A stretch of DNA of 64,000 nt from Octopus bimaculoides (GCF_001194135.2 NC_068999.1:2300746-2364745), one strand, 5' to 3'; positions 13,898 through 27,313 are shown, counted from the stretch's first letter. Numbers and translations: made by a program. The notes: generated from the letters alone by a model not told the origin.

Positions 13898-16800
13898 ATG
13901 TCTGTATCTGTTGCTCTGAAGAATGTCTGTCAAGGAATTGGTGAAGGACCTCACTGGGAGGAACGTATTAAATCCTTGCTGTTTGTTGATGAAGAATTTG
14001 GAGGTTTCTACAAGTGGAATAGCATTGATAACACACATACCAAGTTTAATGTTGGTATGTATGTTTGTATATCTATCTACATGGGTGAATAGAAAAATTC
14101 ATAGACTGACTATGAAGGAGTGATGCTAGAGCTGTGAAATTTTGCATGCAATCATTTCAACCCTTCTTATTAATAATTACATTGTTTCTTTCCAGTTAGA
14201 CTGACATCTGACTGTTCAAAGATGACTTCAAAAGTAATTAGTATCGACTTCCTTTGAAAATGGACAAAATTTGGTATTGTAGTATTATCAAGTACCAGAA
14301 GAAAAACGGTTTGGCCCCCAAGGACATTCAAGCTGACATGGTTGATGCTCTGATTTCATGAACGGTGCAATAGTGGACAGCTGAATTTTTAGAGATGAAG
14401 GGAGAATTTTGAAGATGACCCATGCTCTAGATGTCCTGCAACTGCCACCATCAAGGAAAACATTGATCATGTTCATCACGTGGTGATGGATGACAGGCAA
14501 TTGATTATAAATCAAATAACCAATTCTATTAGTATATTCTATAAGAGAGTTGAGAATATTCTGCACAATGAACTTGGCATGATGAAGGTTTCTATTCAGT
14601 GGGTACCACGTCTTCTGACACCTGATCAAAAGAGCACCAGGCTGGTCACATCATGGGAAAATCTGACATTATTTGAGGCAGATCCAGCTGGTTTCTTTGA
14701 ACATTTTCTAACTTAGTAGGAGTGTTGGATTCATCACTTTGATCCAGAGACAATCTTTCAGTGAAAACATTCCTCCTCACCAACTCCAAAGTTGCCATGT
14801 CTTCTGGAGTGGAGAAGATAATCTCAGTTTTTTGGAATGCAAAAAGAATTTTGTTTATTAATTATCTTCAAAAGTGCCACACCATCAATGGAGGGTACTG
14901 TGCCAACTTGCTGAGGCAGTTAAAAAGGGTCAAGTTTCATCAGGACAATGCTCCAGCACACACAAGTCCTTGGTTTTAAAGGTTGCTGTGTGTGATTAGC
15001 TTTCAACTGGTTGGTCAACCCCTATTCACCTGGTTTGGTCCCTACTGTTCCCCAACATGAAAAATCCACTTGGCTGGGAACCAGAATCACTGATGGTGAC
15101 TTCATATGCACTGTTGAACTTTTTGAGCAGCACTGTGAAATCTCCTTCACCGATGGGATCCAAGCAAAGCAATGCCAATGGAGAAAGCGTGTGGACTGCA
15201 AGATGGACTGTGTTGAAAAATAAACCTCATCTGGTCACATGCCACGATAATATCTTGGTCAGCCTGTGAACATGGCATGTCACTAATGCTGGTGCCATAA
15301 AAAATAACACCCAGTATATTCTGTAAAGTGACTGACATTAGCAAGAGCTTCCAGCTGTACAAACTAAAGTAGACATTGGGGCACCATGGGTCCTGTCAGA
15401 CAATCCAGCCCATGCCAGCACAGAAGATTGATGTTAAATGGTGTTGATGATGATGGTGATGATCAATATATCATGCTATCATATGATATAGACCTCTTTA
15501 TTATAAGATTGTGTTATATCTTTTACATCACAATATGTTTGTATCTCCTCTTATGTATATTACCAGGTGACAATGTCAGCTTCATCATACCTCGTGAATC
15601 TGGTGGTTATCTCGTATCATATAAGACCCAACTCGCTGAATTTGACTGGGAGAGTCAACAGATGAAACCATTCCTCAATGTGGAACCAGATAAACCAGGA
15701 AATTGCTTCAATGATGGTAAATGTGACAGCTCTGGCAGACTTGTGGCAGGTTTGTATTTGTTTTATGTATGAAACTGTCTTTCATAGTTTTTTTTTATTA
15801 TTTTCAGTGTTGTTGTTGTTGTTTAACCCCAGGTCATCTCTTACTGGATTGTAACTTCAGAGTTTGATCAGTGACACTGCTCAACGTACCTAACTTCTCA
15901 CTCTGAAGGTACTAACCATTATTCTATCTTGGGCAGTTTTGGTATTTACAATGGCCAGTCTATGAGGTTTCCTGGTGAGAATGAAATCTATCTGCCTTGT
16001 GTGTTTGCTAGAATGGTAGGTGATGAGGTGTCTGGTCACTTTCTGGAAGTGGGTGTTGCAAATTGTTTGATTAGTTCCATGATAGAACTCCAGGAGTCTT
16101 GCATCCTCACCATATTCATTCTCCTCATGGACATCACAGTAGCCATCGTGTTTTTGGCCACTATGTCCATTAAAGTCACCATTAAAGGCTCTCACAGAAA
16201 CACTTCTGTTTGTATATTCGTACATACCTTCATGTATGGTGATTGTTCCATTGTCATAGATGCTCAGCATCTTCTGCCATTTCTGACTTTCCACCCATGA
16301 CCTCTCAGACGACTATTCAGTCTTGCCATTTTGTAACTGTGCATATTTCCAGCTGGTTAGGTCTGCACGTGTTGCCACTCTTCCAATTCCACAAGACTGT
16401 CAGTGAAACCAATGGTAGCCATAATTCACACACACACACACACATGTAGATATATATATATCTTGTAAATGCTTTGGGGTGCATTATCATTTTTGTTTCT
16501 GAAGTGTTAGGAGAGTTTCAGTATTAGACCTCTCCATCTAATTTTTTGCTTAACCCCAAGTCAGCTCTGGTCTAGTTCCCCTTTCATTGTCAAGTGTGCA
16601 TAAATTCTGAAATAATAGAATGTAATGTAAAGGAAATTTGGCTGCTATTTCTAGCTGTTAGACTTGTCACTAGATTTCAATGTGGACAGAATAACATACT
16701 CTAACTTTTCTCCTTTTAGGTACAATGAAAATATTCACAGGCACAGCTGAAATGGCTGAAGCTGGACGTCTATATCGAATTGATAAAGATCTCTCGGTCA

Positions 16801-18511
16801 ATGCCATCAAAGACAAGATCAATATATCTAATGGTATGGCATGGACAGCAGATGACAAAACCATGTTCTACACCCATTCTCTTCCTAAAAAAGTATTTTC
16901 TTATGACTATGACATTTCAACCGGAGAAATCTGTAAGTATTGTCAGTTTTANNNNNNNNNNNNNNNNNNNNNNNNNNNNNNNNNNNNNNNNNNNNNNNNN
17001 NNNNNNNNNNNNNNNNNNNNNNNNNNNNNNNNNNNNNNNNNNNNNNNNNNNNNNNNNNNNNNNNNNNNNNNNNNNNNNNNNNNNNNNNNNNNNNNNNNNN
17101 NNNNNNNNNNNNNNNNNNNNNNNNNNNNNNNNNNNNNNNNNNNNNNNNNNNNNNNNNNNNNNNNNNNNNNNNNNNNNNNNNNNNNNNNNNNNNNNNNNNN
17201 NNNNNNNNNNNNNNNNNNNNNNNNNTATTAGTAATTTGTGAGATGTTGGAAAGCTTAACAGAGATTGTCCATGCAATCAGAAGACAAATTTCTTAATAAC
17301 AGTTTAAAACATGGAATCCAAACTAAAATAAATTTAATTAACCCTTCCAATGTTGTCATGGAAATATTCATTTTAACAATAAATATTCTGTTTGCTTCTT
17401 TAGCCAGAGAACAAGTGGTTATTGATTTTGAAGGCAAAGAACTCCACGAGTATGGGATACCAGATGGAATGACAATTGATTTAAATGACAAAATATGGTT
17501 AGCTAGCCATTATAGTAGCAAAGTATTCCAGATTGACCCAGAAACAGGTAGAGAAACTTTATTTCTTTACTCAAAAGCCTTGGTTGATGAGACAATAGAG
17601 TTCTCCCTTTCTCCCTTTCCCTACCAAAAATTCCTGGCAAACCTCCTTCAAATCATATTCTGTTATCCACGCTGTGTCTGGATAAAAGATGAGGTGGTCA
17701 CAGCTGGACCAGCTCTGATCGTGGATAGATGTGCCTGATCAGGGCTTATCAACAACTGATAATTCATTCTCATGAAATACTTTGCAAACAACTCATCCAT
17801 GTGGTGGAAGAAAAGGACAATTAAGAGCAGCTAATTAAGAGAGAGATTGGTGTACATCAGATGCCTATCATCATCCTCACCACCACTTCTGCCACCACCA
17901 TCACCACCACTTCTGCTGCCACTGCCACAGCTGCCATCACTCCCACTGCCACTCATTACTGCCATCATCATCATCATTATTGTCCAAACAAACAAACAAG
18001 CAGATCACTTTTGTGTGCTGCAGATGAAGATGTGTTTGTTAATACCGAAAAGAAAAGGTATTTAGTATGACTGCTAGATGAACTTAGTAGTTGGCCATGT
18101 CTACCTTGGATAAAGACTTCATATATAAGCACGGATGGCTGAGTGGATAGAAACACAGACTACCAGCAGTGAGATGAGTGGTTCACATCCCAGCACTGGT
18201 AACAGATTATGCTTGTGGCTATGACACTAAACTCCTGTGCCTATGTTTTTCAATTTTGGACAATTCTTTTTTACTTTTACCCATTTTAATAACCATTTTC
18301 AGGTAAAATTCTCAGCTCAGTCAAGTTTCCTACACGTCAAGTCACTTCCTGTTGTTTTGGAGGCCCAAACTATGACGAACTTTATGTGACATCGAGAGCC
18401 AATAACTTAACAGAAAAACAGTTGCAAAATGAAGAGAAACTTGCTGGAAGTGTGTTCAAGGTTACGGAGTTGGGGGCAAAAGGTAAAGCAGCTCCCGTCT
18501 TTCAGGGATAG
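13898..18511 (+). CDS. RGN: Regucalcin-like paralog 2 (301 aa); exons 13898-14054, 15567-15749, 16720-16932, 17404-17547, 18303-18511
   Basis: GT-AG, phase 1, 906 nt open. Motifs: [60 protein letters not shown]. Confidence 0.93.
14110..15290 (+). mobile_element. Degenerate mariner element in paralog 2 intron 1
   Basis: ILHNELGMMKVSIQWVPRLLTPDQK; FHQDNAPAHTS; YSPGL; multiple stops and frameshifts. Confidence 0.88.
15890..16330 (-). mobile_element. RTE-type LINE endonuclease fragment in paralog 2 intron 2
   Basis: GDFNGHSG...LLEF...ICNTHFQK..RHLITYHS..HTRQIDFILTR (APE motifs GDFN and QIDFIL). Confidence 0.8.
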
Positions 18512-18934
18512 TCTACACCACTCTCCAGGTATACATTGTAATTTGAACATGACCAGTACTATAATTATATTTTATCAAAGGTATGTTATGTAAAACAATA
18601 ATGAAATAAATAAACGTAAATTAGAATAAATTTGTTTTGCATTCTTTCTCCTTCACGAGTGCATGTGTGGCTGTGTGGAAGATGAACCCTTTGAAATCAA
18701 ATTGTTTCAGTTTCAATCCCATTGCATGTCTTCTGCTACATAACTAGGAGATGACCAATGCATTGTGAGTGGAGATTCATGGACAGGTAATATGCAAAAT
18801 CTGTTGTACCTGTAGAGGTGTGTTTACATTTACTCCTCTTAAAAACTGGTTTTGTTGTTTAAGTTCCATAACTTAGTCCAACCCATGCCAGCATGGAATG
18901 CGGATGTTAAACGATGAAGATGAACTTAGTAGTT

Positions 18935-19690
18935 TCATCATCATCATTGTTTAACGTCCGCTTTCCATGCTAGCATGAGTTGGACAATTTGACTGAGGAC
19001 TGGTGAAACCAGATGGCTGCACCAGGCTCTAATCTGATTTGGCAGAGTTTCTACAGCTGGATGCCCTTCCTAACGCCAACCACTCCGAGAATGTAGTGGG
19101 TGCTTTTACGTGCCACCGGCACGAAGGCCAGTCAGGCGGTACTGGCAATGGCCATGCTCGAAATGGTGTATTTTACGTGCCATCTGCACAAGAGCCAGTC
19201 CAGCGGCACTGGCAATGATCTCGATTCGAATGTCTTTTCACGTGCCACCGGTACAAGTGCCAGGAAGGCGACGTTGGTAACGATCACACTCAAAAGGTGC
19301 TATTTACATGCCACGAGCACAGAAGCCAGACAGCTGGTGCTCTAGCAACGATCACGCTCGGACGGTGCCATCACAATTTTGCTTTCACTTGCCCAAACAG
19401 GTCTTCACAAGCCGAGTATAGTGTTCAATGAAAGAGATATTGGCATAGGTGCCAGTCGTGAAATTTAGTTCAATTTCAATTTCACTTGCCTCAACAGGTC
19501 TTCGCAAGCGGAGTTTAGTGTCCAATGAAGGAATGGTACGCATAAGTGGGCTGGCTACATCCCTGGCAGAGGCCTTGGATTTAGGTCTCACTTGGCTTGC
19601 CGGGTCTTCTCATGCACAGCATATTTCCAAAGATCTCGGTCATAAGTCATTGAGATCTTTGGAAGTATGCTGTGCGTGAGAAGACCCGGC
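18935..19690 (-). mobile_element. 5'-truncated RTE-type retroelement 3' end with internal repeats and terminal fold-back
   Basis: The minus strand reads TYDRDLWKYAVHEKTR..., a long 3' region with repeated gtgccaccggcac units, then an (atg)n tail at ~18935. Confidence 0.7.
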
Positions 19691-20707
19691 ATATTTGTAT
19701 ATATATACAACGGGCTTCTTTCAGTTTCCGTCTACCAAATCCACTCACAAGGCGTTGGTCGGCCCAAGGCTATAGTAGAAGATACTTGCCCAAGGTGCAA
19801 TGCAGTGGACTGAACCCAGATGCATGTGGTTGTAAGTAAGCTACTTACCACACAGNNNNNNNNNNNNNNNNNNNNNNNNNNNNNNNNNNNNNNNNNNNNN
19901 NNNNNNNNNNNNNNNNNNNNNNNNNNNNNNNNNNNNNNNNNNNNNNNNNNNNNNNNNNNNNNNNNNNNNNNNNNNNNNNNNNNNNNNNNNNNNNNNNNNN
20001 NNNNNNNNNNNNNNNNNNNNNNNNNNNNNNNNNNNNNNNNNNNNNNNNNNNNNNNNNNNNNNNNNNNNNNNNNNNNNNNNNNNNNNNNNNNNNNNNNNNN
20101 NNNNNNNNNNNNNNNNNNNNNNNNNNNNNNNNNNNNNNNNNNNNNNNNNNNNNNNNNNNNNNNNNNNNNNNNNNNNNNNNNNNNNNNNNNNNNNNNNNNN
20201 NNNACACACACACACACACACACACAAGTGCGCGCGCGTATATATAATTTAGTTTTCTGCAAGGAAGAGAATCCTTGTATTTGGTCAAAAAAAGGTAAGT
20301 TGTTCTCTCTTTTTCTCATTAATCTTCCTTCGTGATCCTTCGAAGGAGTTTCTCTTTATGCAATGTTTCAACTTGCTAGAAATAGCAACCAAATCTCCTT
20401 CAAATCACAATTTATTGTTATAGAAAAAGCAAGGCTACATTACTTATTGTAAGTCTCAATATATCAAGTATCATAATAGAATAATTGGATTGTCACATCT
20501 GGAACGTCTCTGAGGGCAAGTCTTTTCAATATAGCTTGAAATTTGAGTAAATAACACTATTCTATGGACCTTAGCAGAATTCGTTTTTCGTGTAACAATC
20601 TCGTATTTTGCACATTCCCTTTGATTAATTCGACCAATCAGAGAACCTTATGCGTTCATTTTGCCTGCTAGAAATAACAACTAGATTTCCTTTGACTTAT
20701 ACTGTAC

Positions 20708-21720
20708 CTATTCAGAAATGATGGCTAATGCTACATTAGATAATGTAGTATGCAAAATGTAGTTGGCCAACAGATCGCGGTATTTCAGGATTTTGTTCCA
20801 CTCGGCCGCAGAAGCTGTGGACCTCGCCCTGACAGCAGCATCCAGGATGTGAGAAGAAGCAAAGGAGTCGCTAACTGTGACATCCCAGACAAGGCACCTG
20901 CCTTGCGACCAGGGGCACAGGGTGATGCCGTCAGGTCTCTTCCCCTCACATCTGGACAATCCAGATGGTTCCAAGATGGAAGGAATGTTTGTCCGGGCCA
21001 AGCTCCTCTCGAGTATCAGGTTCAGCTCCGTATGACTTGCGAAGCAACCAGCATTCGAATGGCAAGGAAGACCACGGAGCCCTGTGGAGTTGAGGAGCCT
21101 GCCACAACGACAGATCAAACTCGTGCATACGTCAGCTCCCACTCTGAGGGCAATGGAGACACGAAGTTCGTCCAAGCTGAGTAGGCCACCAACATTAGCC
21201 ACAGGGATGGCATCAATCCAGTCACCTGAGTATTTGGCGATAGCAGACAGTAAGCGGCACCTTGAAAACTGGTCCAACTGGATGAAGAGGGAGTCGAAGG
21301 TGGTCTTCGAAATTATGTTATCCGAAGCTCTCTGACTCCGACAGTCCTCCACCTTCTCAGGAGAAGACAAGCCTAATTCGCTCCAGTGTTGGAGAGCTTC
21401 ATCCAACGCCCTGTTGGAACTGGTCCATGCTGGAGAGGAGAGGCTGTTGCATACCAGGGTGGAGCAGGCGTGGAAGCAGGGGAGAGAGAGGGACGAATAC
21501 TTAGAAAGACCAAGACCTCCAAATCGCTTGGGCAATGCAGCCTGATTGTGGGACGTTGGAAAGAGTCTGACATTGACTAAACATTCGAGTCTCTCTCAAA
21601 GATTAGGTTGTCGAAGCGTTGGAAGCACGATGGAAATTGGTAAAATGGGCTGACTCTGAGTAAATATAGACGCTTAGGAATCGAGAGGTAATTCCTAAGT
21701 ATGAAAAAGCCTCGATGGGA
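20708..21720 (-). mobile_element. CRE-clade-like non-LTR retrotransposon, 3' half (post-RT region, zinc knuckle, restriction-like endonuclease)
   Basis: The 275-aa ORF contains LPKRFGGLGL, SGDWIDAIP, LRVGADVC..ICRCG...C...SHTELN, LEPSGL...KRPDGITLCPWSQGRCLVWDVTV...KILKY. It continues upstream across a frameshift in a GA run (LSIPKRLYLLRVSP). Confidence 0.75.
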
Positions 21721-23169
21721 TTCGATAGCTTCAATTAGAATTTAATATGCAAAAAAAAAATGTTCGTACACATACATGCCTACATAAATCCCGTATGCTT
21801 ACACACATCACGCATATCTACAAAATGAAGCGAGTAATTTCTGGAAAATATTGCGATGTGTGTCAGTATGTGTACGATTGTACCAATTCCTTTTATTTTT
21901 TCTTCTTATTAAATTCCTACATAATTATAATCAACACAGTGTAAAAGGTATTTGTATAAAATTTCATTAAAAAATTGCCCATTTTTCTGCATGTTATGGG
22001 GAAACAAAGTCGGTGGGCGGTGAGGCCCAATTATGTAGTTTTTTGAGTAAGTTGATGCTATTTTGAAGGGAGGTAATCCATTCTGGCTTTATATAATTAC
22101 TTTGACTCGGTCCGTCACACCCAGTTGTTTTGACGGAGAATTAGTTACTGCAGGAGGTTGTTCAAAAGCTGCAAGGCAGAATTTAAACTACTTGTTCTCT
22201 CGCAATTTCTTCGATCGCAGAAAACTTCAGGTCGGTAAAGTTTTATCCAACCAGTATCGGTATGGTTTTATCATGTTGTGCCTTATATATTCAAGTAGTG
22301 AAGTTCTCTTAGAACTTCGGTGCAAGTTATACGTGTGTTTGTTATGCATGCAATGCAGATATGTACTATGTGGCTGCATACGAATTTTTGTGTGTATATC
22401 TATGGCTGTGTGGTGAGAAGCTTGCTCTCTCAAGCTCATGGTTTTGAGTCCAGTCACACTGCGTGGCACCTTGGGCAAGTGTCTTCTACTATAGCCTCAG
22501 ACCGACCAAAACCTTATGAGTGGATTTGGTAGACGGAAACTGAAAGAAGCCCGTCGTATATATATATATGAGAAATAATTTCTTGAATTTCACGGATTTG
22601 ATCACTTTTAGCTGCAGTGCCTAGATCTTGACTTCTGTATACATTCAAGGTCCCAATCTTGTTAATTATGTGTTTTGGAATATCGATGTTTTATGTGTGT
22701 GTGTGTGTGTCCATACCATCGCTTGACAACCAATGTTGGCGTGTTACGCCCCCGAAACTTAGCGGTTCGGCAAAAGTATCTGAGAGAATAAATACAAAGA
22801 ATAAGTCCTGGAGTCAGTTTATTCGACTAAAACTCCTTAAGTCGAATAAATGGAGTCATTTAACTCCAGCATGGCCGCAGTTAAATGACTGACACAAATA
22901 AAAGAATAAAAAAGAATATATATCCAGGTAGGCGGACATCAGCAATTGGTAGCACATACAAGTAGGAATTTTTCCGTTTTGAAGGCGATTTTTCAGATTT
23001 TTTTTTCACGGTGCCATTATGGGAGAATCTTTTTAGCAAGAAAACAAAATTTCGAAAAACTTTTTTTTTTTTTAACGGCAATAGTTAGAGAAATAAATTT
23101 ATAAATTACTTTTGTGCGTGTGTAATGGAAAACCAAAGGAAGGTTAACTGAGAAGATAGTTTTTGTACG

Positions 23170-23315
23170 TGGTAAATGCTCAGGTGCTATAAACACTGAA
23201 AATGTGCAGAGAACAGTTTCTGTTACGTTCCAGGGAGGAAAACTACAAGTAGTTGATAGCTTCTGTTACCTTGGGGACCAAGTCAGTAGCGGGGGTGGAT
23301 GCTCCGAAAGTATAC
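23170..23315 (+). mobile_element. RTE-type reverse transcriptase fragment
   Basis: GGKLQVVDSFCYLGDQVSSGGGCSES. Confidence 0.65.
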
Positions 23316-23495
23316 AAGGGCTTCTTTCAGTTTCTGCTTACCGAATACACTGAACCATTTATATATTACGAAAAAGATAAATAAATAAAACACACCAAGT
23401 AAATTAACAATATTTTTAGTAAGAAATAAAATGGATCTGTTTTTTGTAATTTCTTCTTTTTTTTTTAATTTTTTTTATCTCATTTCAGAAACAAG

Positions 23496-24160
23496 ATGTC
23501 TGTGTCTGTTGTCTTGAAGAATCCCTGTCAAAAAACTGGAGAAGGACCTCATTGGGAGGAAAGTACTAAATCCTTGCTGTTTGTTGATATTGAACCTGGA
23601 GGTATACACAAGTGGAATTCTGTAGACAACACCCACACCAAGTTTAATACTGGTATGTATATATGTATGTGTGTGTGTGTACTTAGTCATGTATGAATGG
23701 ATGGATTGTGCGACTAGTTGGATGATTGTATGCTTGTGATGATCAAGCACTATTCATTATCATAGGATATCAATCTCTTATACAATTATCGTATGATATC
23801 AATATTTTATTACTTGATATTAATCCATTTGTCATGTTGTATAATCAAAATATGTGTTTTTAATCGTCTCTTGTATGTTTAATTTACCAGATGGAAAGGT
23901 TAGTTTTATCGTTCCTTCGGAATCTGGTGGTTATATCGTATCCAAAGACACAAAACTTGCTGGTTTTGACTGGGAGAGTCAACAGGTGAAACCATTCATT
24001 GATGTTGAACCAGACAAACCAAAGAATAGATTCAATGATGGAAAATGTGACAGCTCTGGCAGACTGTGGGCAGGTTTGTATTTCTTTGTTTTACACATGA
24101 GACACATATACAATCAAGAGATGATGCAGATATCTTCTTGATATCCTGTTGCATATTTTG

Positions 24161-24200
<40 letters not shown>

Positions 24201-24210
24201 NNNNNNNNNN

Positions 24211-24249
<39 letters not shown>

Positions 24250-26485
24250 CAGTGTGTGAATTATTTTTTGTACATAGCTGCACACAGAAATATGAATGAC
24301 ATTCACTGTGAAATTTTATCTGGATGAACAAATTTCTCCTTTAGACTTTCATTGTGAAAAGCAGACCATCAGACACTTGTCTTTCAGTTTGATTTCATCT
24401 CCTCAGTGATAGATACCACCTTCCACCTTTAGTGCTTGACAGAAACTTCTGTTCCTATGTAAAAATTGGCAAGCAAAACATTTGTTGATGTCTGCTGAAG
24501 TGTGCAAAGCTGGAATTAATTCAATGCAAGCTTATTAAATAGTAAGAATCATAAAAAAAAAAAAAGAAATATTTTATTCTTTACTGAGCCACAAACCTCT
24601 TGCTCTTTTCTGTTGCATTTGCTAGACTCTACATTCTAAATTGCTCCAGAATGTTGTCTGTGTGTATTTAAACGTCTCTACTCTCCATGCTATACTCTAC
24701 ATTCTTATCACTCTTGAGAAATTAAGTGAACCCGTGATTAGCCAGTCAATTACTTATCAACACTTTTGTACACAAAACTTTCTTGGATTGCAGAGATTTG
24801 TGAAAAGATTTACTGTTTAAATCTTTCAATTTTTAGGTACAATGGAGGAATTCACGGGTGAACTAAAACCGACTGAAGCTGGACATTTATACCGACTTGA
24901 TAAAGACCGATCACTGCATACCGTCAAAGATAAGATCAATATATCTAATGGTTTGGCCTGGACATCAGATGACAAAACCATGTTCTACACCCATTCTACT
25001 CCAAGAAAAGTGTTTTCTTATGACTATGACGTTTCTAAAGGAGAAATCTGTAAGTTTTGTCAGTCTGAAGTGTTTCTTTGTTTAGAAATTTGAAAATTGA
25101 AGCAAGGATTTTCAATTGGAATTGACAAGTGTATTACAAAATAACATGTTTTCATTTACAGTCCTATATTTAAGAGATGAGGAATTATGTACATTATTTA
25201 CATTATTTACATTTGACGGATATTTGCAATTATTCTTGAAATAATTTTTATTTCGTTCATCAATTTGAATATAATCTCATACAAATACAGTGTGGTCTCA
25301 TATTCATAAAATGTGAGCTGTTGAACATTTCGAACACTTTTCACCAGTGAAATCAGATGTATCCACAAAAGATTTCACAACCATTAACTGCAGTAAACAG
25401 CTTTATATATCAAACCAATTTTTGTTGTGGAATGTCATGTTTAGATCTATTTTTTATTGAGATATGTTAAGTGTATTGTGACAATGTGGCATGCAGGAAA
25501 TATCAATTCTAACTTTTGTTTGATATTTACATCATTTCTAGAATAGCCATGAAATTTAATTTTACAGGCTTAACTGAGATTATCCATGTAATTTACAAAT
25601 TTCTTGCTAAAAGTTTAAAACACTCAAAAGACAATAAATTTAATTAATCCTTAAAATGTTGTCATGGAAACATTTTATTTTAGCAATAAATATTTTCTGT
25701 TTCTTTCTTTAGCCAGAGAACAAGTGGTTATTGATTTTGAAGGCAAAGAATTCCATGAATTTGGGATACCCGATGGAATGGCAATTGATTTGAATGACAA
25801 GATATGGCTGGCTTGCTTCTCCAGTAGCCAAGTATTCCAGATTGACCCAGAAACAGGTACAGAAAATGTTATTTCTTTAATTAAACGTCTCACTCATTGA
25901 GCCTGTCAGAGTCTGTATTTGTTGTGGCTACTCTAGTCTAGTCTAACCTCATGGCCTAGTGGTAAAGATTTTACACTCGCAATCACAAGATAGTGGTTTC
26001 AATTCCCAGACTGGGCTACGTGCTGTGTTTTCAAGCAAAAAACTTTATTTTATGTTGCTTTAGTCCACTCAACTGTTCAGGGGAAGTGCTGTAATCTCAG
26101 TCACTTATGCACCATGGAAGCTGGGTCACCAGCCACATAAATCCTAGGTTTGCTGGCAATGACTCCAATCAATGTGATTGATTGAAATAATGAAGATAAT
26201 ATTGAAGGTAGTAGGTTGTATAGTTTTCAGTTTTGGACAATTCCTTTGACTTATTTAATTTTAAAACTAATTTCAGGTAAAATTCTGACGTCAGTCAAAT
26301 TTCCCACAAGTCAAATCACTTCCTGTTGTTTTGGAGGCCCAAACTATGACGAGCTGTATGTGACATCGAGTGCTTCCTTTTTGACAGAAGAACAGTTACA
26401 AAATGAAGAGAAATTTGCCGGAAGTGTTTTCAAGGTCACCGGGTTGGGAGCTAAAGGGAAAGCAGCTCCTAACTTTCAAGGATAG
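23496..26485 (+). CDS. RGN: Regucalcin-like paralog 3 (301 aa); exons 23496-23652, 23891-24073, 24837-25049, 25713-25856, 26277-26485
   Basis: GT-AG, phase 1, 906 nt open. Motifs: [60 protein letters not shown]. Closest to the canonical motif set. Confidence 0.94.
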
Positions 26486-27060
26486 TCTACAACACTCTCC
26501 AGGTACACGTAATAATATGAAGATCACTGGTGCTACAATTATGTTTGTTCATAGATGTGTTTTATAAAATCAATAATGAAATAAATGAAATTCAAGAGAC
26601 TGTCTTGTTTGTTTTGTATTCTTTCTCCTTTATATGTGGCCTTGGGGTTTAGATGTTCTTCTTAGAAGAAGCAGACACATAATTTGGTTGTGTGCCAGTG
26701 AATATACAAAGACAGAAGGGCAGGGATGAAATTTGTTTCATGGAGTTTTGTTTTTCAAATTACTTGGTGACCCTGTCAGTACAGGTGCCACTTAAAATGC
26801 ATCCAGTCCACACTGTAAAGTGGTTGATGTTCGGAAGGGCATCCAGCTGTAAAAACCTTGCCAAAACAGACACAGAAGTCTAGTGCAGGCTTCTGCTTGA
26901 CTGGTTCCTGTCAAACCGACCCATCCATTCCAGCATGGATGGTGGACATAAAACAATGATGATGATGATGATGCAAACCCAGAACCAAAATTTTTTACAA
27001 AGTCAATTTTAAAAAAATCTTTGTATCAAAATAAATACAGGCATTAAAATAATAATAATA

Positions 27061-27255
27061 ATACTCTTTTACTTGTTTCAGTCATTTGACTGTGGCCATG
27101 CTGGAGCGCCGCCTTTAGTCAAGCAAAGCGACTCCAGGAAGCCTAGTACTTATTCTATCGGTCTCTTTTGCCCAGCCGCTAAGTTACGGGGACGTAAACA
27201 CACCACCATTGGGTGTCAAGCGATGGTAGAGGGACAAACACAGACACACAAACAC

Positions 27256-27313
<58 letters not shown>

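Noticed and set aside
13880-13900. Spliced-leader trans-splicing at the acceptors before the ATGs
   Set aside because: Homologous cis donor candidates exist upstream of several copies, and no SL RNA-like gene is seen.
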